The position numbers and the translations under genes are program-made. 64,000 nt of DNA from an uncultured Pseudomonadales bacterium (GTDB lineage: Bacteria; Patescibacteriota; Microgenomatia; UBA1400; UBA12028). Below, piece after piece: positions 10,201-19,797 of this stretch. Location: contig CAZDWN010000001.1 of assembly GCA_964509365.1 (NCBI GenBank), positions 11,074 to 75,073 on the forward strand. Reading direction: 5' to 3'. The notes under the pieces are model-generated. The model had not been told where the DNA came from. It did not search any database and was given only the letters and a program-made list of their open reading frames with translations. Numbering within the stretch: position 1 is the first letter of the stretch; each line of letters opens with the position of its first letter.

Positions 10201-11718
10201 TTACACTTCAAATTTTTTCTTCACGTAGGTGATGAAGCTTTCAGCAGACACGTGTTTACCCGTGAGCTTAAGTGACACTTCGCCCGAGGTGGACATCGCG
10301 CCACCAGCATGGACTTTGTCTCCGAGCCACGTGCGAATGATATCGAACTTGCCATTTCGCACATCATCATCAAAATCTGGATGCTCTTTGTGCAAAGTCT
10401 CTGAAAGTTGGACGGAGAGGAAACTCCCAAGTGAGTACGTCGGGAAATATCCGATCAATCCTTGGGACCAGTGAATATCCTGCAAGACTCCAAGCAAATC
10501 ATCGGGTACATCGACATCCAGATACTGTTTGTAGAGTGCATTCCATGCGTCACGAAGATCTTTGACTGCCAGCGTCCCTTCGATCATGCGCTGCTCCAGC
10601 TGCGCGCGGATCGCGATATGCAGATGATAGGTGACTTCATCAGCATCGACACGAATGAGGCTTGGTCTGATCACATTGACCTCGGCCCAAGCTTGGTGTG
10701 CCGTAGTACCCGCTAACTGTGTAGGGAATGCAGTCTGTAATACCGGGAAGAAATACTCCCAGAACTGTGGCGATTTGCCGATGATATTTTCAAAAAAACG
10801 AGATTGCGATTCGTGGATCACGAGTGAGTCTGCCATCCCGAGACGAGTACGCGCAATCTCAGGCGCGATGCCTTGCTCGTACATCCCGTGGCCACCTTCG
10901 TGAATCGACGAGAGGATGGTCGAGAGCGGATTGTCAGTGATGACGCGTGTCGTGAGACGCACATCACTGGTGGCGACTCCCATCGTAAATGGATGCGTCG
11001 AGATATCTTGTCGCCCAGCTTCCAGATCAAAGCCGAGCTCCGCAAGCAATGTCATCGTCACACTCCACAGCGTCTTCTCATCAAACTCTTGGTGAAAAAC
11101 TTTCTTGTCCCAGGTGCTCGTCTTCGCGCGTAGACTTTTGATCAGAGGAGTGAGGTGAACGATGAGATCTTCAAAGATCGCATCGACATGCTTGGCGCGA
11201 AGATCACGCTCATACTCTTCAAGCAATGCATCGTACGGGGAATCCGTAAACCCATAGGCGTAGGCAACTTCTTTTTTGAGCTCGACCATGCGCGTCAAGG
11301 CAGGGACAAATACCTCAAACTTGTTTTGATTTCTGGCGTGCTTCCATTCTTCCAGTCCTACTGATGATTGTTTACTGATCGCGGAGACGAGGCTGCTAGG
11401 TAATTTTTTTGCGAGTGTAAAGTCGCGAGTCATACACGTGATCAAGGCACGATCGTGAGCGGTAAACTGTCCAGGATTTCGCTGCAATTCTTCACTCAAT
11501 GTGGCGAGGAGCGTGCTTAGTTTTTGCGAGGTCGCTTTGCTATGGATGATCGTCGAGAGCGTCTCAAGCTGATGCGCTCGAGCCAGACCGCCTTTGTGAG
11601 GAAGATACGTCTCTTGATCCCACGCGAGAAGACCCGAGATTGACGAGAGATCTCGCATCATCTCACTGTAGGTGACAAGGTCGTTTATTTTTGGATTTGA
11701 TCGAGTGAAGACCGACAT
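10201..11718 (-). CDS. Carboxypeptidase Taq-like metallopeptidase, family M32
   Basis: HEGGH zinc motif plus M32 signatures HESQSRFFEN and IHWSQGLIGYFPTYSLGS. Confidence 0.85.
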   Translation of the reverse strand: MSVFTRSNPKINDLVTYSEMMRDLSSISGLLAWDQETYLPHKGGLARAHQLETLSTIIHSKATSQKLSTLLATLSEELQRNPGQFTAHDRALITCMTRDFTLAKKLPSSLVSAISKQSSVGLEEWKHARNQNKFEVFVPALTRMVELKKEVAYAYGFTDSPYDALLEEYERDLRAKHVDAIFEDLIVHLTPLIKSLRAKTSTWDKKVFHQEFDEKTLWSVTMTLLAELGFDLEAGRQDISTHPFTMGVATSDVRLTTRVITDNPLSTILSSIHEGGHGMYEQGIAPEIARTRLGMADSLVIHESQSRFFENIIGKSPQFWEYFFPVLQTAFPTQLAGTTAHQAWAEVNVIRPSLIRVDADEVTYHLHIAIRAQLEQRMIEGTLAVKDLRDAWNALYKQYLDVDVPDDLLGVLQDIHWSQGLIGYFPTYSLGSFLSVQLSETLHKEHPDFDDDVRNGKFDIIRTWLGDKVHAGGAMSTSGEVSLKLTGKHVSAESFITYVKKKFEV

Positions 11719-11801
11719 TCGCTCATTGTATCATGAGTACTTTATATACTCATATTCATTGACAGCACTGTTGAGGTCATATATGATGAAGACTTACTAC
11801 T

Positions 11802-12611
11802 ATGCTCAAGCAGCCAAAGTATTTTGTCCGCAATTCGCCAGCACCTCGCCAAGAGGCGATCATTTCTGCCCCCGCAGCACCTGAGATCGCCACGCCGATC
11901 ACTCCGACTGTAGCGCCCGCCGTGGTCATCGCCACGCGGTCACGGAAAGTCCCGACAGCTATCTTGGGAGTTGGGCTCGCGACGCTCGCTAGCTTGACGT
12001 TTTTGGTCGCTCTCAGTACTGGCGTCCTCAAGGCCTCTGCCTTTCGTGGGAACCTCCCAAAAATGTTTTCCCGAGAAGCACCGATCAATACGGTCGTGGC
12101 CGAAGGGCGTAGTGGACTTGGCGAAGGGATCAATTTTGATATCCAGACTGCGGATGCCCGTGTCGAGATCGTCAGGTCATTTCTTGAGCGCTACAAATCG
12201 CCATTGACTCCGTATGATCATTTCGCCCAGTCATTGGTAGAAGCCAGTGATCGCTATGGACTGGATTACCGACTCTTGCCGGCGATCATGATGCAGGAGA
12301 GTAATCTGTGTAAGAGTAGTGATCCAAAGATCCACAACTGCCTTGGCTTTGGGATTCACGAGCGAGGAACTCTCGGATTTGACAGTTACGAAGAAAGTTT
12401 CGACCGAGCCGCCCGAGAGCTCAAAGCGAACTATATTGACCAAGGTTTGACCACCCCAGAACAGATCATGAAAAAGTACACTCCGAGCAGTAACGGCTCC
12501 TGGGCAAACTCCGTGAATCAATGGATTGCTGAGATGGAGCACAATGATCGCGAAGCAGGGAAGACAGCCAGCGCTGACGCCAATCTCCTCGAGTACACCG
12601 CCAAGAAATAA
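11802..12611 (+). CDS. Membrane-anchored lytic transglycosylase-like protein (SLT/lysozyme-like domain)
   Basis: Pro/Ala-rich N-terminus and one TM helix. LLPAIMMQESNLC resembles the SLT catalytic E-S motif. Confidence 0.5.
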   Translation: MLKQPKYFVRNSPAPRQEAIISAPAAPEIATPITPTVAPAVVIATRSRKVPTAILGVGLATLASLTFLVALSTGVLKASAFRGNLPKMFSREAPINTVVAEGRSGLGEGINFDIQTADARVEIVRSFLERYKSPLTPYDHFAQSLVEASDRYGLDYRLLPAIMMQESNLCKSSDPKIHNCLGFGIHERGTLGFDSYEESFDRAARELKANYIDQGLTTPEQIMKKYTPSSNGSWANSVNQWIAEMEHNDREAGKTASADANLLEYTAKK

Positions 12612-12757
12612 CCCCATAACACGTTCGCCTTTCTACTCAATAGATCAAGGGACTAGCCTTGCTTTGGGGGTATTGACAAGCCCATAACAAATATGGTAAT
12701 CTTATAGCTATGTTGACAGGTTCTTCCTCACCGGGAATTACGTGTCAACCTTAAAGA

Positions 12758-12785
12758 ATCCCGTCCATGAGGCGGGTTTTTTTAT
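12758..12785 (+). terminator. Rho-independent terminator (cccgtccatgaggcggg + T7)
   Basis: GC stem-loop followed by TTTTTTT. Confidence 0.6.
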
Positions 12786-12802
12786 GCTAAAATCTCTCCC
12801 TT

Positions 12803-13045
12803 ATGATCGAAAAATATATTGCTGAAAATGGAACGGTAGTTTACTGGGCTACGAAACCTGAAGAAAAAGATCTTTTGCTCTCAGTCCTGAGAGGTAAAAA
12901 GCTTAATGTCGAAGATCCAATAGAAGGGCCGTTTGGCTGGAATTTCAAGATATCAAGAGAAGTAGATCAAGCAGAGTTTGAAAACTTTTTGTTGATTGCC
13001 AGTATCTCGATGCTAGTAGTGGACAACAGAAAAACCAGAGAGTAG
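12803..13045 (+). CDS. hypothetical small protein
   Basis: 80-aa ORF after the terminator. Confidence 0.3.
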   Translation: MIEKYIAENGTVVYWATKPEEKDLLLSVLRGKKLNVEDPIEGPFGWNFKISREVDQAEFENFLLIASISMLVVDNRKTRE

Positions 13046-13070
13046 ATCTACGGGGTATACTAACCATGTA

Positions 13071-13154
13071 GCCGACGTGGCGGAACTGGCATACGCGCAG
13101 GACTTAGAATCCTGTGATCGCAAGATCGTGGAGGTTCAACCCCTCTCGTCGGCA
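13071..13154 (+). tRNA. tRNA-Leu (anticodon TAG), class II with long variable arm
   Basis: Acceptor GCCGACG/CGTCGGC. Anticodon stem CAGGA/TCCTG with loop CTTAGAA. Long variable arm TGATCGCAAGATCG. T-arm GGAGGTTCAACCCCTC. CCA not encoded. Confidence 0.85.
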
Positions 13155-13224
13155 CAAGAGCTAGTCAAAAACGTGATCAACATGCGTGAGCTGCGACGAG
13201 CCGCAAAGGAAGTGCGTGCGTAAT

Positions 13225-13482
13225 TTATCTGTGCAGCGGCAGCGTTTCATCTACCGGATGGAGGAGTCTTCCTTCGGCTGTACGTGTCCCATTTAAGACC
13301 TCCATGATAAATTCTTCGCTCTCTCCTCGATCTCTATAGTGTTGAATCAATGTCTCCGCTGTGAAGTCAGGTTTATTCTCGACCGATTTTTCAAGATCGG
13401 GTTGGAGCTCATGCTCTTTCAACAATGCGTCTTCCTTGGCAGGTATGCCATTCTTGATTCGAGAGAATATGTTTTCAAACAT
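13225..13482 (-). CDS. hypothetical protein
   Basis: 85-aa ORF. Confidence 0.3.
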   Translation of the reverse strand: MFENIFSRIKNGIPAKEDALLKEHELQPDLEKSVENKPDFTAETLIQHYRDRGESEEFIMEVLNGTRTAEGRLLHPVDETLPLHR

Positions 13483-13582
13483 AGGAGTTTTCCTCCAGGA
13501 TAACGGACACCAGGTGAAATTATAGTTATGTCGCCTACCTGCGACAACCCACAGATTATTTTGCTACAATAAATCTTGAAGC

Positions 13583-16114
13583 ATGGATCAAGTATCGACA
13601 CCTCCAATTTCATCGCCGACAGTGGCGATGTCTCCTGCACCCGTTCAGGCTGCTCCGTCGACCCCTCCACCTCCAAAATTACCAGTCAAATCACCGACGC
13701 TCGTGCAACGAATCATCAAACAAAAAGGTCCAATTATCTGGGCTTGGATCGCCGCATATTGTATCGGCATGTTTGTCATGGGACTCATGATCCTCGTCCC
13801 CTCACTTCGTTCTATGTGGTCCGAACTGGGTGAAAAATCCGGTTCCGCTGCCGTGATCTTACTGTTTTTGACCATACTGCCAGGGACTATTCGCCGCATG
13901 GAGCTCAAAGGACCATTCATGCAACTGCAGCTCCTGATGATGGTGTTTCGCAGGCATCTTGGCATCTCGATGTTTTTGGCGGCGTTTGCGCATGCGATGT
14001 ATGCATACATCTTGCCAACGGTGGCGTTCAAACTACCACTGTTTCCGATGCTATCGTATGTCGTCTTTGGAGTGCTCGCACTAGCGTTGGCCGTACCGCT
14101 GTTTTTCACTTCGAATGATTACTTTGTGAAACTCTTAGGACCCTTGTGGCATCGCCTGCATACGTCAGTCTATGTGATCACCATCCTCACGCTCATCCAT
14201 TTGATCCTCTTGGGTGGAGTGCACCTGAGTACCGCACTTGCATTTTTTATCGTCTTTTTAGAAGGCGTCTCCTGGTCGACCAAATTTATCTCGACGAAAA
14301 AATATGCGCTCGCAGGGGCACTGATCGTGACGCTGATCCTCAGCAGTACTGCATATGCGACGTATATGATCACGCATCCACCAGCTCGACCAGTCAAAAA
14401 AGTGGTGACGGAAAATCTCATGGTGCCATTGAAAAAAAAAGGACAGGAATCATATACAGCAGCCATGGTCGCAAAACATACTAGCACTAGCGATTGCTGG
14501 ACGATCATCCGCGGCAAAATCTATTCGATCTCTGACTACATCAATGTCCATCCAGGAGGAGTAGAGACGATTCGAGAAGCATGTGGGATCGATTCTACCG
14601 AGCTCTTTGATACGAAAGGCGGACGAGACAGACCGCATACGCAATTTGCTGAAGATCTCTTGGTCAAATACTTGGTTGCTGCAGTTGGCGATCCTGTGCC
14701 AAATGCGAGTACATCACAAGAAGTACTAGAGAGCCCGATTGCCCAAGCTACTCCGATGCCCACACCAAGCTCTGCGATGCTGGATCCAAATCTCAAACTC
14801 ACCACAACACTCGTCGCGACTCACAACAAGACCTATGACTGCTGGCTCATCATCAATGCGAATGTCTATGATGTGACTGGCTACGTCCAGTATCACCCAG
14901 GGGGAACGCAGCAGATCTTGACGCGCTGTGGCACAGACGCGACTGATGCATTCAATACGAAGGGAGGAGTGGGGCGCACTCACAATGCGGACGCCGTGTC
15001 TATTCTCGCGAGTTTGCGCATCGGTGCGCTCAATCAAGTCGGTGTCCCATCGCCATTGCCGACGGCGACACCATCACCGACCCCAAAGCCGACTGTCTTG
15101 CCGACGCCGACGACACAGTCTGGGACCACACTCACGACGGCAATGGTCGCCACTCACAATACACAAAGCAACTGTTGGCTCATCATCAACAACAATGTCT
15201 ATGATGTCTCGCAGTACATCCCATATCACCCCGGTGGGACGCAGCAAATTCTCAATTTCTGCGGCAAAGAAAGTACCAGTGCGTTCAATACGAAAAACGG
15301 TGGCGGAGCACATACTTCGTATGCCCAGACACTTCTGGGTGGCTACAAAATCGGCGCGATCGGAGCTGTCGTGTCTGCGACACCGACTCCATCACCGACT
15401 CCTGTCCCAACTGCGACGCCAGTGCCGACAGCGACACCAAATCCCGAGACCGTCTATAGCGGAGCAACGATTGCCACTCACAATAGTATGTCGAGTTGCT
15501 GGCTCATCGTCAGTGGCAGTGTCTACGACGTCACGCAATATATCCCATACCACCCAGGAGGCACACAACAAATTCTTAACTTCTGTGGCCAGGAGAGTAC
15601 CAACGCATTTAATACAAAAAATGGAAGTGGATCGCACACCAATTACGCGATAACGCTCTTGGCAGGATACAAAATCGGAATCGCAAATATCACGACGACG
15701 CCGACACCAGTGCCGACCGCAGTGCCGACACCGACGCCGACGATCACTCCGACTGCCACACCTCGACCAACTGCTACTCCGACTCCGACCAAGACCCCGA
15801 GGCCCACCGCCACGCCGCGCCCGACAGCTACCCCGACGCCGACTCCGGCGCCGACAGCGACTCCAGCAGGGAACACCTACAGTGCTTCACAAGTCGCGAC
15901 ACACAACAATTCCAGTAGTTGCTGGCTCATCATCAATGGGAGTGTCTATGACGTGACGCAGTATGTGCCATTCCACCCGGGGGGAACGTCACGCATTCTC
16001 GTCGACTGCGGGAAAGAATCGTCGACCGATTTCAATACGCGTGGAGGGGGCAGTAGTCATTCAAATAGTGCCAAGTCATTGTTATCAGGAATGAAAATAG
16101 GAGTTCTCCAATGA
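13583..16114 (+). CDS. Membrane protein: ferric-reductase-like bis-heme TM domain fused to five tandem cytochrome b5-like heme-binding domains (Pro/Thr linkers)
   Basis: N-terminal ~230 aa form a polytopic TM region with two His pairs spaced 13 residues apart (HLGISMFLAAFAH and HTSVYVITILTLIH), as in FRD/MsrQ/NOX bis-heme domains. Five repeats follow, each with HNxxxxCWLIIxGxVYDVTxYxxxHPGG...CGxdsTxaFNTkxGxxxxH (cyt b5 HPGG motif plus second axial His), separated by PTPTP linkers. Confidence 0.7.
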   Translation: MDQVSTPPISSPTVAMSPAPVQAAPSTPPPPKLPVKSPTLVQRIIKQKGPIIWAWIAAYCIGMFVMGLMILVPSLRSMWSELGEKSGSAAVILLFLTILPGTIRRMELKGPFMQLQLLMMVFRRHLGISMFLAAFAHAMYAYILPTVAFKLPLFPMLSYVVFGVLALALAVPLFFTSNDYFVKLLGPLWHRLHTSVYVITILTLIHLILLGGVHLSTALAFFIVFLEGVSWSTKFISTKKYALAGALIVTLILSSTAYATYMITHPPARPVKKVVTENLMVPLKKKGQESYTAAMVAKHTSTSDCWTIIRGKIYSISDYINVHPGGVETIREACGIDSTELFDTKGGRDRPHTQFAEDLLVKYLVAAVGDPVPNASTSQEVLESPIAQATPMPTPSSAMLDPNLKLTTTLVATHNKTYDCWLIINANVYDVTGYVQYHPGGTQQILTRCGTDATDAFNTKGGVGRTHNADAVSILASLRIGALNQVGVPSPLPTATPSPTPKPTVLPTPTTQSGTTLTTAMVATHNTQSNCWLIINNNVYDVSQYIPYHPGGTQQILNFCGKESTSAFNTKNGGGAHTSYAQTLLGGYKIGAIGAVVSATPTPSPTPVPTATPVPTATPNPETVYSGATIATHNSMSSCWLIVSGSVYDVTQYIPYHPGGTQQILNFCGQESTNAFNTKNGSGSHTNYAITLLAGYKIGIANITTTPTPVPTAVPTPTPTITPTATPRPTATPTPTKTPRPTATPRPTATPTPTPAPTATPAGNTYSASQVATHNNSSSCWLIINGSVYDVTQYVPFHPGGTSRILVDCGKESSTDFNTRGGGSSHSNSAKSLLSGMKIGVLQ

Positions 16115-16818
16115 AACGAAATCCACGAAAAATACTCAAAAAAATTGCTTGGGTGACACTCGTGTTGCTCTTGATCTGGATCGTCTTCAAAGTACGGCTC
16201 ACCGTGCTCGGTCTGTATGTCGCGCTTGGGATGCATGCACCAGTATCGATCCGGTATGAGTGCGCGAAGCAGGCCGACAGTCTTGTGCATGATAAATTTC
16301 AGCTGCCGCTCGCATTTGATCAAGCCAGCAAAGATGGCCTTCGGGAGTTTTGGCATTACAGTTTTTATACCGGTTGCCTGCAAAATCATGGCTACGATCA
16401 CTATGGCAATCCAGTCCCACGCTCGAGTGTGACTGATACGGAGTTTATAAATGCATTCGGAGCATTTGCGCTCCCGATCGCGAATGCCAAAATACTTTCA
16501 GATAACCAAGTCGACGTTGCGTATGATGATCGTTTGATCCTCAGTGAGATAGTGTCCGTTGGGAAGACATACTCTGTCGGATGGTACAAGAAATTTGATC
16601 CAATGACACTTGATGAGTATGCAAAGCAGTGGACGCATTTTCCTCATACCGAAGAGCCTCTCACGATCGCATCTGCAAGTGGAGTCCTCACCGCGACCAA
16701 CTCCGCGGGCTTGTCTGGCTGCATGCGCTATTTCAAAGATGTGCCGTTCGTCATATTTGGAAACGGAGTCGATCCAAAATCCTGCACCAAGCTCATCCAG
16801 AGCGTCCGCACGTTGTGA
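16111..16818 (+). CDS. hypothetical membrane-anchored protein, translationally coupled to upstream gene
   Basis: ATGA overlap with the 13583-16114 gene. N-terminal TM/signal anchor. Followed by a terminator. Confidence 0.5.
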   Translation: MKRNPRKILKKIAWVTLVLLLIWIVFKVRLTVLGLYVALGMHAPVSIRYECAKQADSLVHDKFQLPLAFDQASKDGLREFWHYSFYTGCLQNHGYDHYGNPVPRSSVTDTEFINAFGAFALPIANAKILSDNQVDVAYDDRLILSEIVSVGKTYSVGWYKKFDPMTLDEYAKQWTHFPHTEEPLTIASASGVLTATNSAGLSGCMRYFKDVPFVIFGNGVDPKSCTKLIQSVRTL

Positions 16819-16937
16819 GGATATGCTATACTAGTTGTCATGAGTAGATCAGTTTCTATCAGTACGTACTATTACTTCCGCCTCCGCGGGAGATTGAGTC
16901 GTGTCTAGAAACTGAAAGAAATAACATACTCAAAATA

Positions 16938-16963
16938 CCCGCACCAAAGAGGCGGGTTTTTTT
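16938..16963 (+). terminator. Rho-independent terminator (cccgcaccaaagaggcggg + T7)
   Basis: Stem-loop plus T-tract immediately before the next ATG. Confidence 0.6.
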
Positions 16964-17734
16964 ATGGCAAAAACAACAATTGGAATCATCGGAACTGGAC
17001 GAATTGCGAGCGTGCTCAAGAAATTATTCGAAAAGAGCCCAGATGTGCTCGTCATGCAAAGTTCGAAGTCACAACGGATTGACGACCTCATAATTTTTGA
17101 TCTCACCCAGGTCTTGAATTGCGATATCGTCATAGCTGCCATTCCCATGTCGGCTCTTCAAACTTTCTTGATGAAAAATTCACAATTGATCGTCAGCAGC
17201 CCACTGTTTGTCGATGTCTGTTCAGTCAAAATGTTGCCTGCACAATGGATGCAACAACACTTGCCCGCACACGTCGATATACTCGCAACGCATCCGCTCT
17301 TTGGACCGACGAGTACAAAGCAGGGGACCGAGTTTACTGGTTTGAAATGCATCTTTTCACCAATACGAATCAAAGATACAAATCGATTCAAGTTCTTCTC
17401 AGCGCTGTTCACCGCATGGAAAATCACCATCGACACAATGAGTCCCGAAGATCATGACAAGTTGATGGCACGCACACAAGCGGTGTCATTTCTCTTTGGA
17501 CACTTGGGGCATGAGTTGACGCTTCGATCGACACATTTCGATACTGCAGGGTTCAAGGCGTTGCTCACCAATCAATCGATCGTCGAAGCTGACAGCCATG
17601 AGCTACTCGTGGATCTGTTCCGCTGTAATCCATATGCGCAGGAGACATTGCGTGAAGCAATCTCCCATCTGACTGACTTTTCTGACGAAATCGCTTCTGA
17701 GTATTCTTTTTATTACCAAGAAGGGAAGGGGTGA
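16964..17734 (+). CDS. tyrA: Prephenate/arogenate dehydrogenase-like (NAD-binding)
   Basis: N-terminal Rossmann motif IGIIGTGRIAS. HPLFGP motif characteristic of TyrA. Confidence 0.5.
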   Translation: MAKTTIGIIGTGRIASVLKKLFEKSPDVLVMQSSKSQRIDDLIIFDLTQVLNCDIVIAAIPMSALQTFLMKNSQLIVSSPLFVDVCSVKMLPAQWMQQHLPAHVDILATHPLFGPTSTKQGTEFTGLKCIFSPIRIKDTNRFKFFSALFTAWKITIDTMSPEDHDKLMARTQAVSFLFGHLGHELTLRSTHFDTAGFKALLTNQSIVEADSHELLVDLFRCNPYAQETLREAISHLTDFSDEIASEYSFYYQEGKG

Positions 17735-17771
17735 GTATGTAATTTTATTCAATAGAAATATCACAAACACA

Positions 17772-17795
17772 CCCCGACCAGAGCGGGGTTTTTTA
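17772..17795 (+). terminator. Rho-independent terminator (ccccgaccagagcgggg + T6)
   Basis: GC hairpin plus T-tract. Confidence 0.6.
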
Positions 17796-17822
17796 TTACT
17801 CTGGAGATAGTTTGGAGAAAAT

Positions 17823-18056
17823 ATGAATTTAAATGAAAAGAACGTCGTGCCTCCGATTTTTATTCAGGAGACAGGTTTTCGCGTGGACAATGTCACGTCC
17901 AAAGGCACCACTGATCCACTTGAAGCACGAGAGATCGAAGCACTCCTTCGAGAAAAGCCACTGATAGCTGCGCTCATTCAGCAAGGTCTCTTTCGCCGTG
18001 CGGTGGATCACACTGGCAAGTACTTTTTCTTGCACGTAAACGAACCAATCGAGTGA
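17823..18056 (+). CDS. hypothetical small protein
   Basis: 77 aa. Stop overlaps the tyrS start (ATGA). Confidence 0.3.
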   Translation: MNLNEKNVVPPIFIQETGFRVDNVTSKGTTDPLEAREIEALLREKPLIAALIQQGLFRRAVDHTGKYFFLHVNEPIE

Positions 18057-19279
18057 ATATCCTATTATTGCGCAGATGCGATACAATCAAATGTAAGAAA
18101 GCTTTTATGACTACTACTGATATTTTGACCCGAGGGGTCGAAAACATTATTCCTGACCGGAAAAAATTACACGAGTTGTTGGAGAGTGGCAAGAAACTCA
18201 ATATCTATCTTGGAATTGATCCGACCGCGACGAACATTCATATCGGACATGCCGTGCCACTTCGAAAACTCCAAGCGTTTGCCGAGGCAGGTCACAATGT
18301 GATGTTTCTGATTGGCGACTTTACCGCACTCATCGGTGATACGTCAGACAAAGATACTGAGCGACCCATCCTGACGACCGAGCAAATCCAAGCAAACTTT
18401 GCTGAATATAAAAAGCAGGCTGAGAAGATCGTCGACTTTAGTCTCGTCAAAGTCGTCCACAATAGTGAATGGCTCTCAAAGCTCACGTTCGCAGATATCG
18501 TCAAACTCACTCAGCATTTCTCAGCTGGCACATTTGTCAGTCGAGAGCTTATTAAGAAGAGACTCGAAGCGAAAAAACACGTCGGCCTCCATGAGCTACT
18601 CTATCCCGTCATGCAAGGATATGACTCCTACTTTATGGACACGGATATTCAGCTCGGCGGCACTGATCAGACATTTAATATGCAAGCCGGACGCACACTG
18701 CAACGCGATTTGCGAGATAAAGAGTCCTACATCATCGCGAATGGATTCCTGGAGGGGACTGATGGTCGCAAGATGAGTAAGTCTTGGGGCAATGCGATCT
18801 GGCTCACAGATACGCCAAATGACATGTATGGAAAAGTGATGTCCCTCAAAGATGAGTTGATCATCAATTACTTTACGCTGGCGACTGATCGATCACTTGA
18901 AGAAATCGCCGCTATTAAAGCCAAGCTTGATGCCGGCGAACATCCGATGGAGATTAAAAAGGATCTTGCGCATCAAATCGTCAAAGAATTGCACTCTGTC
19001 GCTGATGCAGATAGGGCCCAAGAGTATTTTGAAAAAACCGTACAAGGTAGAGAAGTAATAGAATCGACGTCGTTCACCGTCACAGGTGATCAATCGTTTC
19101 TCGATATTATCGTCGCCGCAAAGCCAGAGATGAGTAAAAGTGAAGCTCGACGGTTGATCGAACAAGGTGGAGTCGAATATAATGGAGCGAAAGTCACTGA
19201 TGCGCTCGCCACACCGACGATTACCGGCGATGCACTGTTGAAAATCGGCAAGCGATCGTACTTTACCTTGACGCTATGA
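18053..19279 (+). CDS. tyrS: Tyrosyl-tRNA synthetase
   Basis: HIGH (NIHIGHAV) and KMSKS (RKMSKSWGNAI) motifs. C-terminal S4-like domain. Confidence 0.9.
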   Translation: MNILLLRRCDTIKCKKAFMTTTDILTRGVENIIPDRKKLHELLESGKKLNIYLGIDPTATNIHIGHAVPLRKLQAFAEAGHNVMFLIGDFTALIGDTSDKDTERPILTTEQIQANFAEYKKQAEKIVDFSLVKVVHNSEWLSKLTFADIVKLTQHFSAGTFVSRELIKKRLEAKKHVGLHELLYPVMQGYDSYFMDTDIQLGGTDQTFNMQAGRTLQRDLRDKESYIIANGFLEGTDGRKMSKSWGNAIWLTDTPNDMYGKVMSLKDELIINYFTLATDRSLEEIAAIKAKLDAGEHPMEIKKDLAHQIVKELHSVADADRAQEYFEKTVQGREVIESTSFTVTGDQSFLDIIVAAKPEMSKSEARRLIEQGGVEYNGAKVTDALATPTITGDALLKIGKRSYFTLTL

Positions 19280-19515
19280 TCATGGCTTATTACATTTGTA
19301 CACTCATTCTTTTTTCGGCAGTGCTGCTGTTTGGAGTGATTTTTTTCGCACAGTCTTGGTTCCGGTTTGGAAAGACATCAAGTGGTCCAGAGCGAAGAGC
19401 CTACTATAGAGGAATTTCTCTAGCTTTGGCTGTTGTGGTGATTGGAGCTGTCTTTTTGATAAACTGGATTCTGTTTGATAACCTTTGGTATCAATCTTTA
19501 TTTGCACATCTATGA
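19276..19515 (+). CDS. small two-TM membrane protein
   Basis: 79 aa with two hydrophobic helices. ATGA overlap with tyrS. Confidence 0.4.
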   Translation: MIMAYYICTLILFSAVLLFGVIFFAQSWFRFGKTSSGPERRAYYRGISLALAVVVIGAVFLINWILFDNLWYQSLFAHL

Positions 19516-19724
19516 GGCAGATGCTGTATTTGTCTTTTCTGGTCATACTCGTAACGGGACTCGCAGTCTGGCTCTTTTTTGTTTGGAATAACTGGCCTAA
19601 GCTTCCTGGACAATCAAAAGATCCATTTACGAGAATGAGATCAGGGAAATTAATGATACTGGTTGTTTCTGTATTTTTATTCATTGTGTATACAGGTTTG
19701 AAAATACTTTACTCTGGCCGTTGA
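19513..19724 (+). CDS. small two-TM membrane protein (same architecture as upstream neighbour)
   Basis: Start set at MRQML. Two hydrophobic helices. Confidence 0.35.
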
Positions 19725-19797
19725 GGAGTAGGAAGATATCTGAAAAATGTATAATAAAAGATAACTGTCAGCTGTTTGCTGTACTCTAAAAAAATAT

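Noticed and set aside
13645-15876. Antisense ORFs inside the cytochrome b5 gene, including a poly-(GV) ORF at 15643-15876
   Set aside because: These arise as reverse-complement artefacts of the Pro/Thr linker codons and repeated b5 modules. The sense-strand gene has clear domain structure.
17735-18052. T-box leader upstream of tyrS
   Set aside because: No AGGGUGGNACCGCG T-box motif or specifier hairpin was seen. The region is occupied by a small ORF overlapping the tyrS start.
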